Source of the DNA: Octopus sinensis
Lineage: Eukaryota
Direction of reading: 5' to 3'
Assembly (NCBI RefSeq): GCF_006345805.1
Contig: NW_021831680.1
Span: 1 to 34,458, forward strand
DNA: 34,458 nucleotides
Shown here piece by piece: positions 10,190 through 21,623 of this stretch (its first letter is position 1; each line of letters starts with the position of its first letter). Both the position numbers and the translations under genes were made by a program. The notes under the pieces were generated by a model. The model made no database searches. It saw nothing but the letters and a program-made list of their open reading frames with translations, and was not told the origin of the DNA.

Positions 10190-10712
10190 TTAAGTACTAC
10201 TACTGCTGCTGCTGCTACTACCACTACTACTGCTACAACCACTACAATCATAAATACTACTATCACTACTACCACTACCACCACCACTACCTGCTGCTGC
10301 TGCTGCTGCTACTACTACTACTACTACTGTTACTATTCTGCTACAATCTGTATATTCTGAGACATGAAACTTGATGACACAGGCGGGTGAGAATTCTTCC
10401 CATGTCAACCACGAGGAATTTGTAGACGGCACAACAGCAGAAACAGCAATAACAATAAATAAATAAATAAAAACATTAACAACAATAACAACAACGTCAA
10501 CAGCATATCTACTATGACACTATTGACAAAGCTGGATTAGAGTTCAAATTTAATTAGAAAGACCGACTGGTTCACACATACTGAGTGCTGTTGTTGTTAT
10601 TGTTGTTGTTTTTGGAGGTAGTGGTTGTGGTAGTGTTGCTTCTAGTGGTAGTGCAGGTGTTTTCATTCCTGCTGCTGCTGCTGCTGCTAAACTTGTACTT
10701 TTGTTGTTGTTG

Positions 10713-10744
<32 letters not shown>

Positions 10745-10800
10745 GGTGGTGGTGGTGGTGGTGGTGGTAGTGGTGGTGGTGTTAGTAGTGGTGGTTGTGG
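10190..10800. repeat. Compound trinucleotide tracts (ACT/ACC/GCT; GTT/GGT)
   Basis: Read directly. Confidence 0.85.
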
Positions 10801-10943
10801 TGCTTTCACCCCTGATTCAGTCCTGATCCTGTAGAACTACGTTGAAAGACCTTCCAGCCGTGACATTTGTTACCAACTCAACATTTAAAAAAAAAATTTA
10901 CCAGGGTACATATATCTGGAGAGAAATAGAATGTAATACGGGG

Positions 10944-10945
<2 letters not shown>

Positions 10946-11028
<83 letters not shown>

Positions 11029-11256
11029 CAGAGAGCACTTGTGTGTGTGAGAGAGAGGGAGAGAGATAGAAAGAAAGAATGCGCGTATGAGGGAGCGACA
11101 AAGAAAGAAAGAATAAAAAAGAAGGAAAGAAGGAAAGAAAAGAAAGAAAGAGAGAAAGAAAGAAGTGAAGATTGTATATATAGAGAAGAATGAATTACAA
11201 TAGAGAAAGAGAGAAAAGAAATATAATACATAAAGAAAAAGAAGAGCGAGAGAGAT

Positions 11257-11287
<31 letters not shown>

Positions 11288-11535
11288 AAGTACAAACATA
11301 ATAGAGAGGAAACAGAGAGCGGAGATGGAAAGTGAGAAGGAGAGAGTAAAGGGGAGAAATAGCCTAGTAACACATTTCCAGTCTGATGCAGTTTATGACA
11401 GAAAAGGAGAGGAAAACAGAATGTAAGAGAGAGAGTAAGAGAGTATGTGTGTGTGTGAAGGAGAGAAAGTGATGGAAAACTGAGAGAGAGAGAGAGAGAG
11501 AAAGAGAGAAAGAGCGAACAAACAAGGGGAGCAGT
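10946..11535. repeat. Purine-rich (GA)n/(AAAG)n field
   Basis: Read directly; produces the longest spurious ORF (10885..11736). Confidence 0.9.
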
Positions 11536-11539
11536 AAGA

Positions 11540-12475
11540 GAGTGAGGCCATATACACACATATACATACATATACAAACACACACACACACGCACGAACA
11601 CACAGAGACACCATGGACACATGCACATACTTCTACAACATACACACGCACACAAAATTATTACATATACAGGCACGTACACATAACTTAGCGTACACGT
11701 CTCCCACCCGTATCTACCACATACATATGCACGCAACTACACACGCTTAAACGCACATACACAACTATCACACACAGATACACATACATATATACGAACG
11801 CATGCATACTCACACAGACATAGAACCATCACACACAAAAACACACGCTCTCACATGCACACAGTCATACACACGTATAGATACACACGACTACTACTAC
11901 TACTACTACTACATCCACGACCACCACCACTACCACTACCACCACCGCAACCACAGATACTACTACAACTACTACCACCATTTCTTATATTACTACCACA
12001 ATTATTACTAATAATACACACATATATAGATACACATACACACGTATACACATGCACATACACACACATACACACACATATATACACACATATACAAACA
12101 CAAATACACACACACGTTCACACACACGCATACACACAAGCGCATACATACGCTCATACACGCATACATACACACACATACACACACACACATACACAAC
12201 ACGCGCATACACACTCTTTCACATACACACACACAAACACACGCATACATACACATACATACACACGCACACACACGCACATACACACGCGCGCACACAC
12301 ATACACACATATCCACACACACACGCATACATACACATACACGTGTACACATACACATACATACACACGCACACACATACACGCGCGCGCGCACACATCC
12401 ACACATCCACACACACACACACACATAAACACACACACGCATACATACATATACATACACATACACACGCACTCA
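11540..12475. repeat. Degenerate (CA)n/(TACA)n field with embedded (ACT)/(ACC) runs
   Basis: Read directly. Confidence 0.9.
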
Positions 12476-12660
12476 ACCCAGTAACACTGCAAATATTCCT
12501 CACATGTGACATTTATTTATTTAGGAATGAGGGCTTAAAAAGTTACAGCCTTCTTTAATGAATGGACGGGCACTTCCTCGTGGTGGCCATCTGGATATCA
12601 CGTTGGTTTGATATATGTGGTAAGCAAGCAGTGTGAGGAAAGAGATCGACGATGTAGAAC

Positions 12661-13200
12661 TTTTTCTTTCACTTGTTTCAGTCATTAGACTGCGGCCATG
12701 CTGGAGCACGGCCTTGAAATGTTTAGTCAAACACATCGACCCCGCTACTTACTTCTTGTTTTTTAAACTTGACATTTACTCTTTCGATCTTTTTGTTATG
12801 CCCAACTGCTAAGTTGTTGAGGAGCAATGGCCCAGTGGTTATGGCAGCGGACTCGCGGTCGGAGGATCGCGGTTTCGATTCCCAGACCGGGCGTTGTGTG
12901 TGTGTTTATTGAGCGAAAACACCTAAAGGTCCACAAGGCTCCGGCAGGGGCTGGTGGCGACCCCTGTTGTACTCTTTCGCCCCAACTTTCTCTCACTCTT
13001 TCTTCCCGTTTCTTGAGTAACGCTGCGATGGACCGGCGTCCCGTCACGCTGAGGGGAACACATACACCACAGAAACCGGTAAACCGGGCCCATGAGCCTG
13101 GTTAGGCTTGAAAAGGGCGCATAAATAAAAAAAAAATGCTAAGTTACACGGCCGTAAAGAAACCTACACCCTTTGTTAAGCGTTAGGGAGACAGACAGAT
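12661..13200 (-). mobile_element. SINE family A 3' half, split by a family B insertion (host 12661-12815 and 13137-13200)
   Basis: acttgtttcagtcattagactgcggccatgctggagc is the reverse complement of the family A tail; the body resumes as tgctaagttacacggccgtaaag after the insert. Confidence 0.8.
12816..13136 (+). mobile_element. SINE with family B head and an alternative 3' half, A-rich tail, 9-bp TSD
   Basis: TSD tgctaagtt at 12807-12815 and 13137-13145; ends cataaataaaaaaaaaa. Confidence 0.9.
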
Positions 13201-13389
13201 AGACAAACACAGACACACACACAAACACACATATATGCATATACACAGCGGCACTCTCACACACATATACACACACGCACTTGCACATACAGATTTCCAT
13301 TGGCTATACATACATAATGAGTTCAGATTTTTGTATGTGTGTGTGTGTGGATGTGTGTGCATATGTGTTTGTATGTGTGCTTGTGTGTG

Positions 13390-13583
13390 TTTGTGTCCCA
13401 ACCACAGCTTGACAGCCGGTGTCGGTTTTTTGCGTCCCTGTAACTTATCGGTTCAGCAAAAGGTAACCGATAGAATAAGTAACAGACTGTAAAAAGAATA
13501 AGTACTGGGGTCAATTTATGACTAAAACTCTCCAAGGCGAAGCCCCAGCCTGGCCGCCGTACAATAACTGAAGAATTGAAAGA
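13390..13583 (+). mobile_element. SINE family A 3' half
   Basis: gcttgacagccggtgtcgg...accgatagaataagt...tactggggtcaatttatgactaaaa...ccccagcctggccgcc. Confidence 0.8.
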
Positions 13584-13730
13584 TGTGAAAATTGAAGCCC
13601 AGAAGATAGAAAAAACGGTTCGAATCCTCCCATCGAGTTTTTGATATCTCCCTTTATTGAGAAAGACACTATTCTCAACATACTCGACCTCCTTTCTGAA
13701 AATAAAAAGGCATGTCTATTGTTACATTAC

Positions 13731-14600
13731 CCCAGTGAGATACAGTCTTATCTAGCACTAAAGAGGTACCATTCATTGCTGGACATAGCTCAATGAGTGA
13801 GGTACAGTTTCAGCTAGCATTAAAAATCCATCATTAATTGTGGTAGGTATTTCAGTTAGGTACTGATCATCTAGGAGAAACCATTCGCTACTATAAGTAA
13901 ATCGACGAAGAACAGTATATCTAAGTCTAAGGAGGTACCATCCATTGCTGTGAGTACCTTAATGGAGTACAGTTCCTGTAGCATTAAAAAGATATCAATA
14001 ATTGCAGTTTGTACCTCCAGAAGGCTCAGTACATCTAGAAGGTACCACTCACTGCTGTAAGTACCTACCACAGCGAGTTATAGATTTTGGAATACTAACG
14101 TGTTATCGTTATTGCAGTGTGCCTCAAGAGGGTACAGTTCATATCGAAGTACCATTCCTTGCTGCAAGTATCTCACTGAGGTACAGTCCATGTGGCGCTA
14201 ACGCATTACCGTTATTTTGATGTGTATCTCAGAAAGGTACTGACCATCTAGGAGTACCATTTGTTGTTGTATGTACATAAATGACATACAATGCATCTAA
14301 CAACAACGAAGTACCACTTATTTCTGTACCACCCTATTGAGTTCATGTAGCTTTACGGTTAATTAGAGTACGTATTTTAGGCAGGTATTATTCACTTCTG
14401 TAACTATTTCTGTGAGATACAGTGCCTCTAACACTAAGGAGGTACCAGCCATTGACATAAGTAAATCAGTAAGGTACCGTCCATGTAGCAATAACAAAAT
14501 GTTCCTATGAGTACCTCAGTGAAGTGCTGTCCACTATGCACGAATACGATGTTATTCATTGCTGTAAGAATCTCACTAACATACGCTCAATCTAGTACCA
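13731..14600. repeat. Degenerate minisatellite of 57-bp and about 50-bp related units
   Basis: Unit starts at 13763, 13825, 13875, 13932, 13989, 14039, 14100, 14146, 14203, 14252, 14308 and 14439; approximate consensus gaggtaccattcattgctgtaagtatctcagtgaggtacagtccatctagcactaag. Confidence 0.8.
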
Positions 14601-15027
14601 AAGATGTCAAGCTGCAAAATTTGAATAACTCCGAATACTGCGAGATGAGCGAGTGTATTGATGGCTCCACTATATTCCCATGCTGCTATAAATATTTCAA
14701 AATATTTTTTCCCCTGATGATCAGTCTGTAATCAAATGAGACAGGATTCTTGTCCTCTCACAGCATACGAAAATATTTAAAGGACTAACTTTATTATATA
14801 AAATAAATATTAATTCATGTTATGATACGCAACATACACACATACATACATACAAACATATATGTATATATATATGTATGTATTTATATATATGTAATAT
14901 ATATAAGTATATATATATATACGTTTATATATTTGTTTTGCAAGATACTTGATATGAAATCGTTACAAAATGGCTGATCGTTAGTAAGGAAAGACACACA
15001 AATAAGAAAGGAGAAGGCAAAGGACCA

Positions 15028-15056
15028 CTGATGAGGTCACAGAACTGTGGCCGAAA
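15028..15056 (+). other. Hammerhead ribozyme core motif with stem II (Penelope-like element remnant?)
   Basis: CTGATGA (15028-15034), ggtcaca-gaac-tgtggcc hairpin, then GAAA (15053-15056); stem I partner not found. Confidence 0.45.
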
Positions 15057-15224
15057 TACGATAAAATGTAAAAAATAAAGCTGAACCAAATTAACACCAA
15101 ATATATAGTGCGTGTATTTTTATTGGCTAAACTGGTAACATGACATACCTAAGTACAATATGTATATATATATGTGTGTGTGTGCGTGTGTGTATAAACA
15201 TGAATGTAGCTCTCTGTTTGTCTC

Positions 15225-15294
<70 letters not shown>

Positions 15295-15789
15295 ATGAAG
15301 TCAGAGAACAGCAAAAGAAACAAGGCAATACAGTAAGGACAAGTTATAACAAAGGTCGTATCAGCTTAACGTTTAAAAGAAAGGAAAATATGAAAACAAT
15401 ATTGACGTTTTAGACGCTTGTTCTTCACCAGAACAAAAATATAGAAAAAAACATACACACTCAAATATACATATACGTATTTGTGTGTGTGTGTAAATAA
15501 ATGTGTGTATACATATATAACTATGTATTTATTCATGTGTGTGTGTAGAACGGCGCACCAGGTGGCTCGGAGTCCACTAACTGAAACAAATAAAAGATAT
15601 GCTACGTACGTGAGTGTGCGCACGCCCGTATGTGTAAGGGTGAATATTCAGGTGATGACTCAGGGCAAGAAGTTTGTTTGCTGGAGGCCAATGTCATATG
15701 TATAATAATAATAATAACGTTAACAAATACGACAGTAAGAGGCCAATGAATAAAATGTATGATAGGCAAACTCGTTTATTGATAATATA

Positions 15790-15966
15790 AGGACAATGTG
15801 TGGTGTTGTCTTCCCTTATCTGGCTGGTTTTGCTGTTGACGTGTGTGTGTATACATACGAGTACGCACCCATTTAAGTAATATACAAATGCATATTATAT
15901 ATATATCGGTATATATATATATATATACATATATGTATACACATATATATACATATATATATATAC

Positions 15967-16005
<39 letters not shown>

Positions 16006-16143
16006 CATACACACACACACATATATATATATATATGTATATATATATTGTAAATTTGTATACCCTTACATACAAATATATGTGAGAGTATACACACGCG
16101 TATAGACAAATACATGCGTATCTATCTAAATACACACACACAC

Positions 16144-16220
<77 letters not shown>

Positions 16221-16718
16221 AACATACATGCATATATGTGTGCGACGCTTGTGTGTGAATAAGTGTATGTAGATCTATGTGTTTATAATGGTTGTCTTTG
16301 TATAAAGCCTGTGTGATTACTGGTCCATCAGAGTTTCGTTGTTATTTCAGTTGTAAAAGATGCCTACGGGAAATGTATTATCTACACTTACTTCACACAG
16401 ACACGCACACACATACGCACTCGAATTCAAACGCATACATGTATATGTGTGTACATGTATGCATTTATCAGTGTATACAGACATATATATATACGCAAAT
16501 ATATATGAGCAATTAAATATTATATATATATATATATATATACATATATATATACATACATACATATAATATGTGTGTGTGTATATATATATATCCATAC
16601 TGCATATATAAGTGTGTGTAATATACACATATATATTATATAAATAATATATATATATTATATATATAATATATATAATTATATATATATATCATATATA
16701 TTATTATATATATATATA

Positions 16719-16750
<32 letters not shown>
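15790..16750. repeat. Compound (TA)/(CA)/(TACA) microsatellite field
   Basis: Read directly. Confidence 0.9.
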
Positions 16751-18400
16751 CTCTCAGCCGCAGTTCATAATGTCGGGTTTGTTAGCCTATATTTTACAGA
16801 TCTTTGCAAGGAAATACGAGAATACCGGTATTCTTCTAATACGATCAGTGATTAGTCACCCACCTGCCCCCATTCCTTCCATCCACATCACTGTAACCTC
16901 TTATAGTTTGATGTCCAGGATTTACCTTTTTTGACGAATTACTTTGTAAAGCGAGTTGGTCACTATATTTCTGCCTCACAGATAGTTTTATGATGATATA
17001 GGTTACGTCTTTAGTGATAATTCCTCAGGATCCGCACCGCTTCTTGCATCTGGAGTACCACTTATATCCCATCGAGTACTCTTAATCAGGATGTTATTTT
17101 TTTTATTTCCTGGTCATCGGTTTCAAAAAAGTGAGCTAACTTTATATATCAGTTTGGAAAAAGTGACAGAAAGATTGGTGAGGTGGTCACAAATGAAGAG
17201 AGTAAAATCTCCAACTTTTTAAATACACGTATATGAGCTCACATCGTTTTCAGTTTCCCATCAACTGTAGCCAATTGCTGAGACATAGAGGATGTAAAAC
17301 TTTGCTGCCTGTCTTTTATTTCATTCCTATGCCCAAAACGTTGGAAACTCTTCACACCACAGTAATTTTACTTCACGTTTACTAGTCTTGCTGTCGCAGA
17401 TCCCCAACAAACTTCTTGGATTTTGTTTTGTCTAATGTAATTGTTGTCGATTGATAAAATCTGGTTATCTATATTTCTATCATTCTTAAGTGCTCTGATG
17501 ACATAGCCATGCAAGAATTTCTACTGATTAAGAGAAACCTTTTTGCTGTGATATTTTGTTGCAATAGAGCTGTGCAATTTCCCGTGATGTGTATCTTTGG
17601 TCATCAGCCTTAGAATGTTTCGGACGAGCTTTCAAGCTCTGCTGATGTTATTTGCCTCATGTACGTAGATTTGATTCACGGGTACACTTCGACGTCACTT
17701 GATGTAAGCGTAGAGAGATGGTGTAACATTCAAAGGCTGCTTTAATTGATGTTAAGTTTATGCCGCCACGTTTTCGTGTTAGATAAAAGCAGTCTTTATT
17801 ACAGATTGATATAAACATTTCTTCGTATTTAGTATACGTATGGTGTCATGTTCAGTTTTGACAGAATTCTTTAAGTTACTCACACACACACACACATATA
17901 CACGTAAACAAGCACACACACACACACACGCACAATCACATACAAAGACCCATGCTTTATTTTGCACACATAAGGGACATAACCTTCATCAGCTGTCAAT
18001 TGGCAACCACAATGATTTCGACAACTTATGACAGTATCGCTCCATCTAATGAGGTTGAATAGCATTAATGCTATCTTAGGATAGCATCAGTCGATACATG
18101 CATTCTTACTTCCATATCCATGCGACCACAGCATCAAATAACCATGTGTAACTGCTCTAACCGAAAAACAATATAATTTTTACAACTGGCCAACGATTTG
18201 TTCATTGTTCCCAATTTTAGTATTCCTGTTACATATGTCTGTCATATCTTTGGTATGGTGGATTCTGTTCCCTGGATAACACATCTCTGTTCAGATATCC
18301 TTCCTAACCCAATATCAATCAAGCAGGAGAAAAGACATCGTAGGAGTAGCAACACAAATCCATGGCATCTTAATTCAAATGGAATCACCACAAATTACCA
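16751..18400 (-). mobile_element. Old decayed non-LTR retrotransposon with restriction-like endonuclease (R4-like); best supported over 16751-17775
   Basis: Colinear minus-strand remnants KRGGINLTSIKAAFECYTISLRLH (17702-17773), KFLHGYVIRALKNDRNID (17467-17520) and C-terminal AKICKI* (16787-16807); short 3' UTR abuts (TA)n. Many stops and frameshifts. Confidence 0.55.
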
Positions 18401-18523
18401 TGCTACTCCTGCCTTTTATGATATGATATAACCCGAAGATCTTGACCATTTCAGGCTCTTCCTTTTTATATAGCCACACTATTACGCCTTTTCTATACAC
18501 AGTCAACTCTATAACCAGAACAA

Positions 18524-19258
18524 CGAGAGGGTGTTGAAAAGTTCTTGGCTTTGTATAAAAGAAAATACACGAACTTCAGTTAATTATGATTTTATTGAAC
18601 ACTAGCAGTATCGCCCGGCGTTGCTCGGGTTTGTAAGGGAAATAACTATATAAGCATTTTTAGAGAGTTACTTCCTTTTAGATGCCAATTCGGGCTTTCT
18701 TAGCCATTTCTGTTTTGGTGTCTTCAAGCCATGAAGTCGTTGTTCTAAAAGAATGCTGGTCTCCTTGACAACGCATTACGACGTTGATTTCCTTAAACTC
18801 CCTTCCCCACAGCTTCACAAGGTAGGGAAGAAGGGGGAGAAGCAAACACAGGTGCAGCTGTGAGCGTGGACGCCAACTCCGCCGCCATCGACACACGATG
18901 CATTTATGCATTAAAATGGAATAAAAAATGATGTTAAATTTATTTTAAAATCGTAGACTCATCGTTGACGCGCGCTAATAGTCAGACGGGCTTGATATGA
19001 ATCACGACTATAAGATACCCGAATTTGGTTAAACTGCACCGCAAAATGTGGGAGGAGTTAGGAATCTAAATCGAAGGGGACAGACACTCACACAACTAGA
19101 GTTTTATATATATAGATATTCCCCTCTCAGATTCACGCACTTATTGGAACGGTCGTTCATTTTTTTTGTAATCCCTGTTAAAGAACTCGGAAGTTTAAGC
19201 CTCTAACCAGACCTTTCGCGACGACCTTAAAGCTAGAAATTTTTCCGGCTCCCGCTCG
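18524..19258. mobile_element. Mariner-type MITE (220 bp once the nested Helitron is removed)
   Basis: Imperfect TIRs cgagagggtgttgaaaagttcttggcttt (18524-18552) and aaagctagaaatttttccggctcccgctcg (19229-19258); TA on the right, AA on the left. Confidence 0.75.
18602..19116 (-). mobile_element. Complete non-autonomous Helitron, 515 bp
   Basis: Minus strand starts A|TCTATATATATAAAA and ends CCCGAGCAACGCCGGGCGATACTGCTAG|T: 5' TC, subterminal GC hairpin, 3' CTAG, AT target, no TSD. Confidence 0.9.
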
Positions 19259-19539
19259 TATATTTGTCACAATCAGACTATTTCAAAATGTCGTTTCTTC
19301 TTTAGAATATGGGGTTGGGAGTACGACTACTTTCTTCAAATCAACCCACATTTTGCTCATTAGTATTACATAGACGTTTGAGTATCGGCTTTCTTTTGTT
19401 CCAGCTTCTTCATTGTCCTTCGTCGCCCCTCTACGCCAAACACAACAGGCTGCGATTTGTTGTTGATTCTCATTACATTGACGCTGCAGCGTTGCTGCTT
19501 AAATGCACCGATGATATCATCAATGAAACTTGAGATTTG

Positions 19540-19703
19540 GTTATGTATATGAACATATATATGAACGTGTACGCAGACACACATACTCGAATATATCTAT
19601 GTATGCACATATGTATATGAATATATATGTGTATGTACGTGTGTGTCTATCTAAACATATAATTACATGCGCGCGCACACGCACACACACACGCATGCAT
19701 ATA

Positions 19704-19742
<39 letters not shown>

Positions 19743-20155
19743 TTGTAGTATATAATGCATATATATATATATATATATATATGCAAACATACAAGCGTAC
19801 ACACATGTACAGATGTACACATATATACACACATACATCCATACATCCAGATAATAATACATGCATATACATATATATAAACATAAGGTATGCATATATG
19901 TATACACAAATACAAACTTAGATACACATTCGCAAACATGCATGCATGCATGCACACACACACACATATATATATGTACATGTATGTATGTATATATATA
20001 TGCATATATATATGCATCTATATACATGCACACATAATAAGCATATATACATGCATGTATTCACACGTAATTACATACATACATGGATACATAATAGATA
20101 AACGCATAAATACATACGCACGTACATATATGCACATTATGCATGCCGATATACA

Positions 20156-20188
<33 letters not shown>

Positions 20189-20579
20189 TCATGCATATAC
20201 ATACAGACATACACACACAGATGCATACATTTGGACTTGTACAAGGTTTTGGGAGTGGCTACTTGAAAGCTTTGAAATCTATCCTCAGACTTATTATTCA
20301 AATACGTTTTTCAATATCTCCTTAACTCATGTCTGAGAAAACATTAACATCATTATGCCGGCACACACACACACATATACACACACACACAACACACACA
20401 CACATATACACGCGCGCGCGCGCGCGCACAAACACACATGGTTCGCGCACAAGATGGTCTATGTTCGTATGTGTTTCTTGTCATGAAATATATCATAACG
20501 AGTGCGTGCTAGTCACGTGTGTACACATATATTCGTGTATGTGTCTGTGTGTTTATGTGTGCACATGTGCACACACACA

Positions 20580-20636
<57 letters not shown>

Positions 20637-20790
20637 TATACATATATAATATATATATATAATACATATATGTATATATTTATATATATATATCATATAT
20701 GTATATATATATATACATATATATATATTATGCATATATGTATATACGTCCACTTATATATGTATTAATTTACATATACACACCCACAAC

Positions 20791-20835
<45 letters not shown>

Positions 20836-21060
20836 TGTGTATACGTGCACGTATGTATTTATTTACATATATGTATATATATATATATGCTTACATACAC
20901 ATATATATATAGATCTATACATGCAAATAGATATAAACATCCGAGCGCATATATATACACACATACACATAATATATATGTACACATAATACATACATAC
21001 ATATATACATTCACTCGTAGATACACACATATACGTGTTCGCATAGGCACACACATATGT
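19540..21060. repeat. Large compound (TA)/(CA)/(TACA)/(CG) microsatellite field
   Basis: Read directly; interrupted by a short unique stretch at about 20225-20360 and another at about 20440-20520. Confidence 0.9.
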
Positions 21061-21409
21061 GTATGTCTAGGCGGTTGGATATGAAATTTGTATAGTATCA
21101 AATAATATCTCATGTATTTAGGTCATTAAACTTTACTTTCAAATCTAGAGCAGTTCGAATTTTTCATTTTCAACCTTTTGAAAATAGCATAATATATCAA
21201 AGGCCTGGAGGTCAATAAATTGGAAAAACTTCCTAAAAGACTGTATGGTCCTCAGTGTGGTCACTATCTAGTGACTGAGCCCAAGAAAGAAATAAAGCTT
21301 ATTCATATGTATACATACATTGTACGTAAGGCAACTGTCATAAATTATACTTAAGTATAAGTTATATAAAAATTTACAATCCTAATGAAATAACCACGCA
21401 GTATGGTAT

Positions 21410-21623
21410 AAGGCGGCGAGCTGGAAGAATCGTTAGCACGCCAAGCAAAATGCCTTGCAGCTTTTCATCCGTCTTTATGCTCTGAGTTCAAATTTTGTCG
21501 AGGTCGACTTTGCCTTTCATTCCTTTTGGGATCCATAAAATAAGTACCAAATGAGCATTGGGGACGATTTAACCGACTTACTCCCTCACCAACATTGTTG
21601 GCCTTGTGCCAGTAATTGAAACT
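21410..21623 (+). mobile_element. SINE family C copy (tail type ii)
   Basis: aaggcggcgagctggaagaatcgttagcacgcc...gaggtcgactttgcctttcat...ggccttgtgcc. Confidence 0.85.

Noticed and set aside
10885-11736. Longest ORF (283 aa) and the stacked ORFs at 11851-12558, 15776-16569, 19530-21113, 22712-23368 and 33395-34060
   Set aside because: Translations of dinucleotide repeats ([16 protein letters not shown]), which lack stop codons in several frames; no domain content.
13731-14600. CRISPR-like or protein-coding interpretation of the periodic array
   Set aside because: Whole units are homologous (no unique spacers), the context is eukaryotic with no cas genes, and the 50-bp units break the reading frame.
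14714-14772. CTGATGA followed later by GAAA
   Set aside because: Spacing is too long and there is no closing stem II pair adjacent to the core.
20225-20360. Unique stretch with an acceptor-like ttttctcag on the minus strand
   Set aside because: All three frames stop within about 20 nt of the acceptor.
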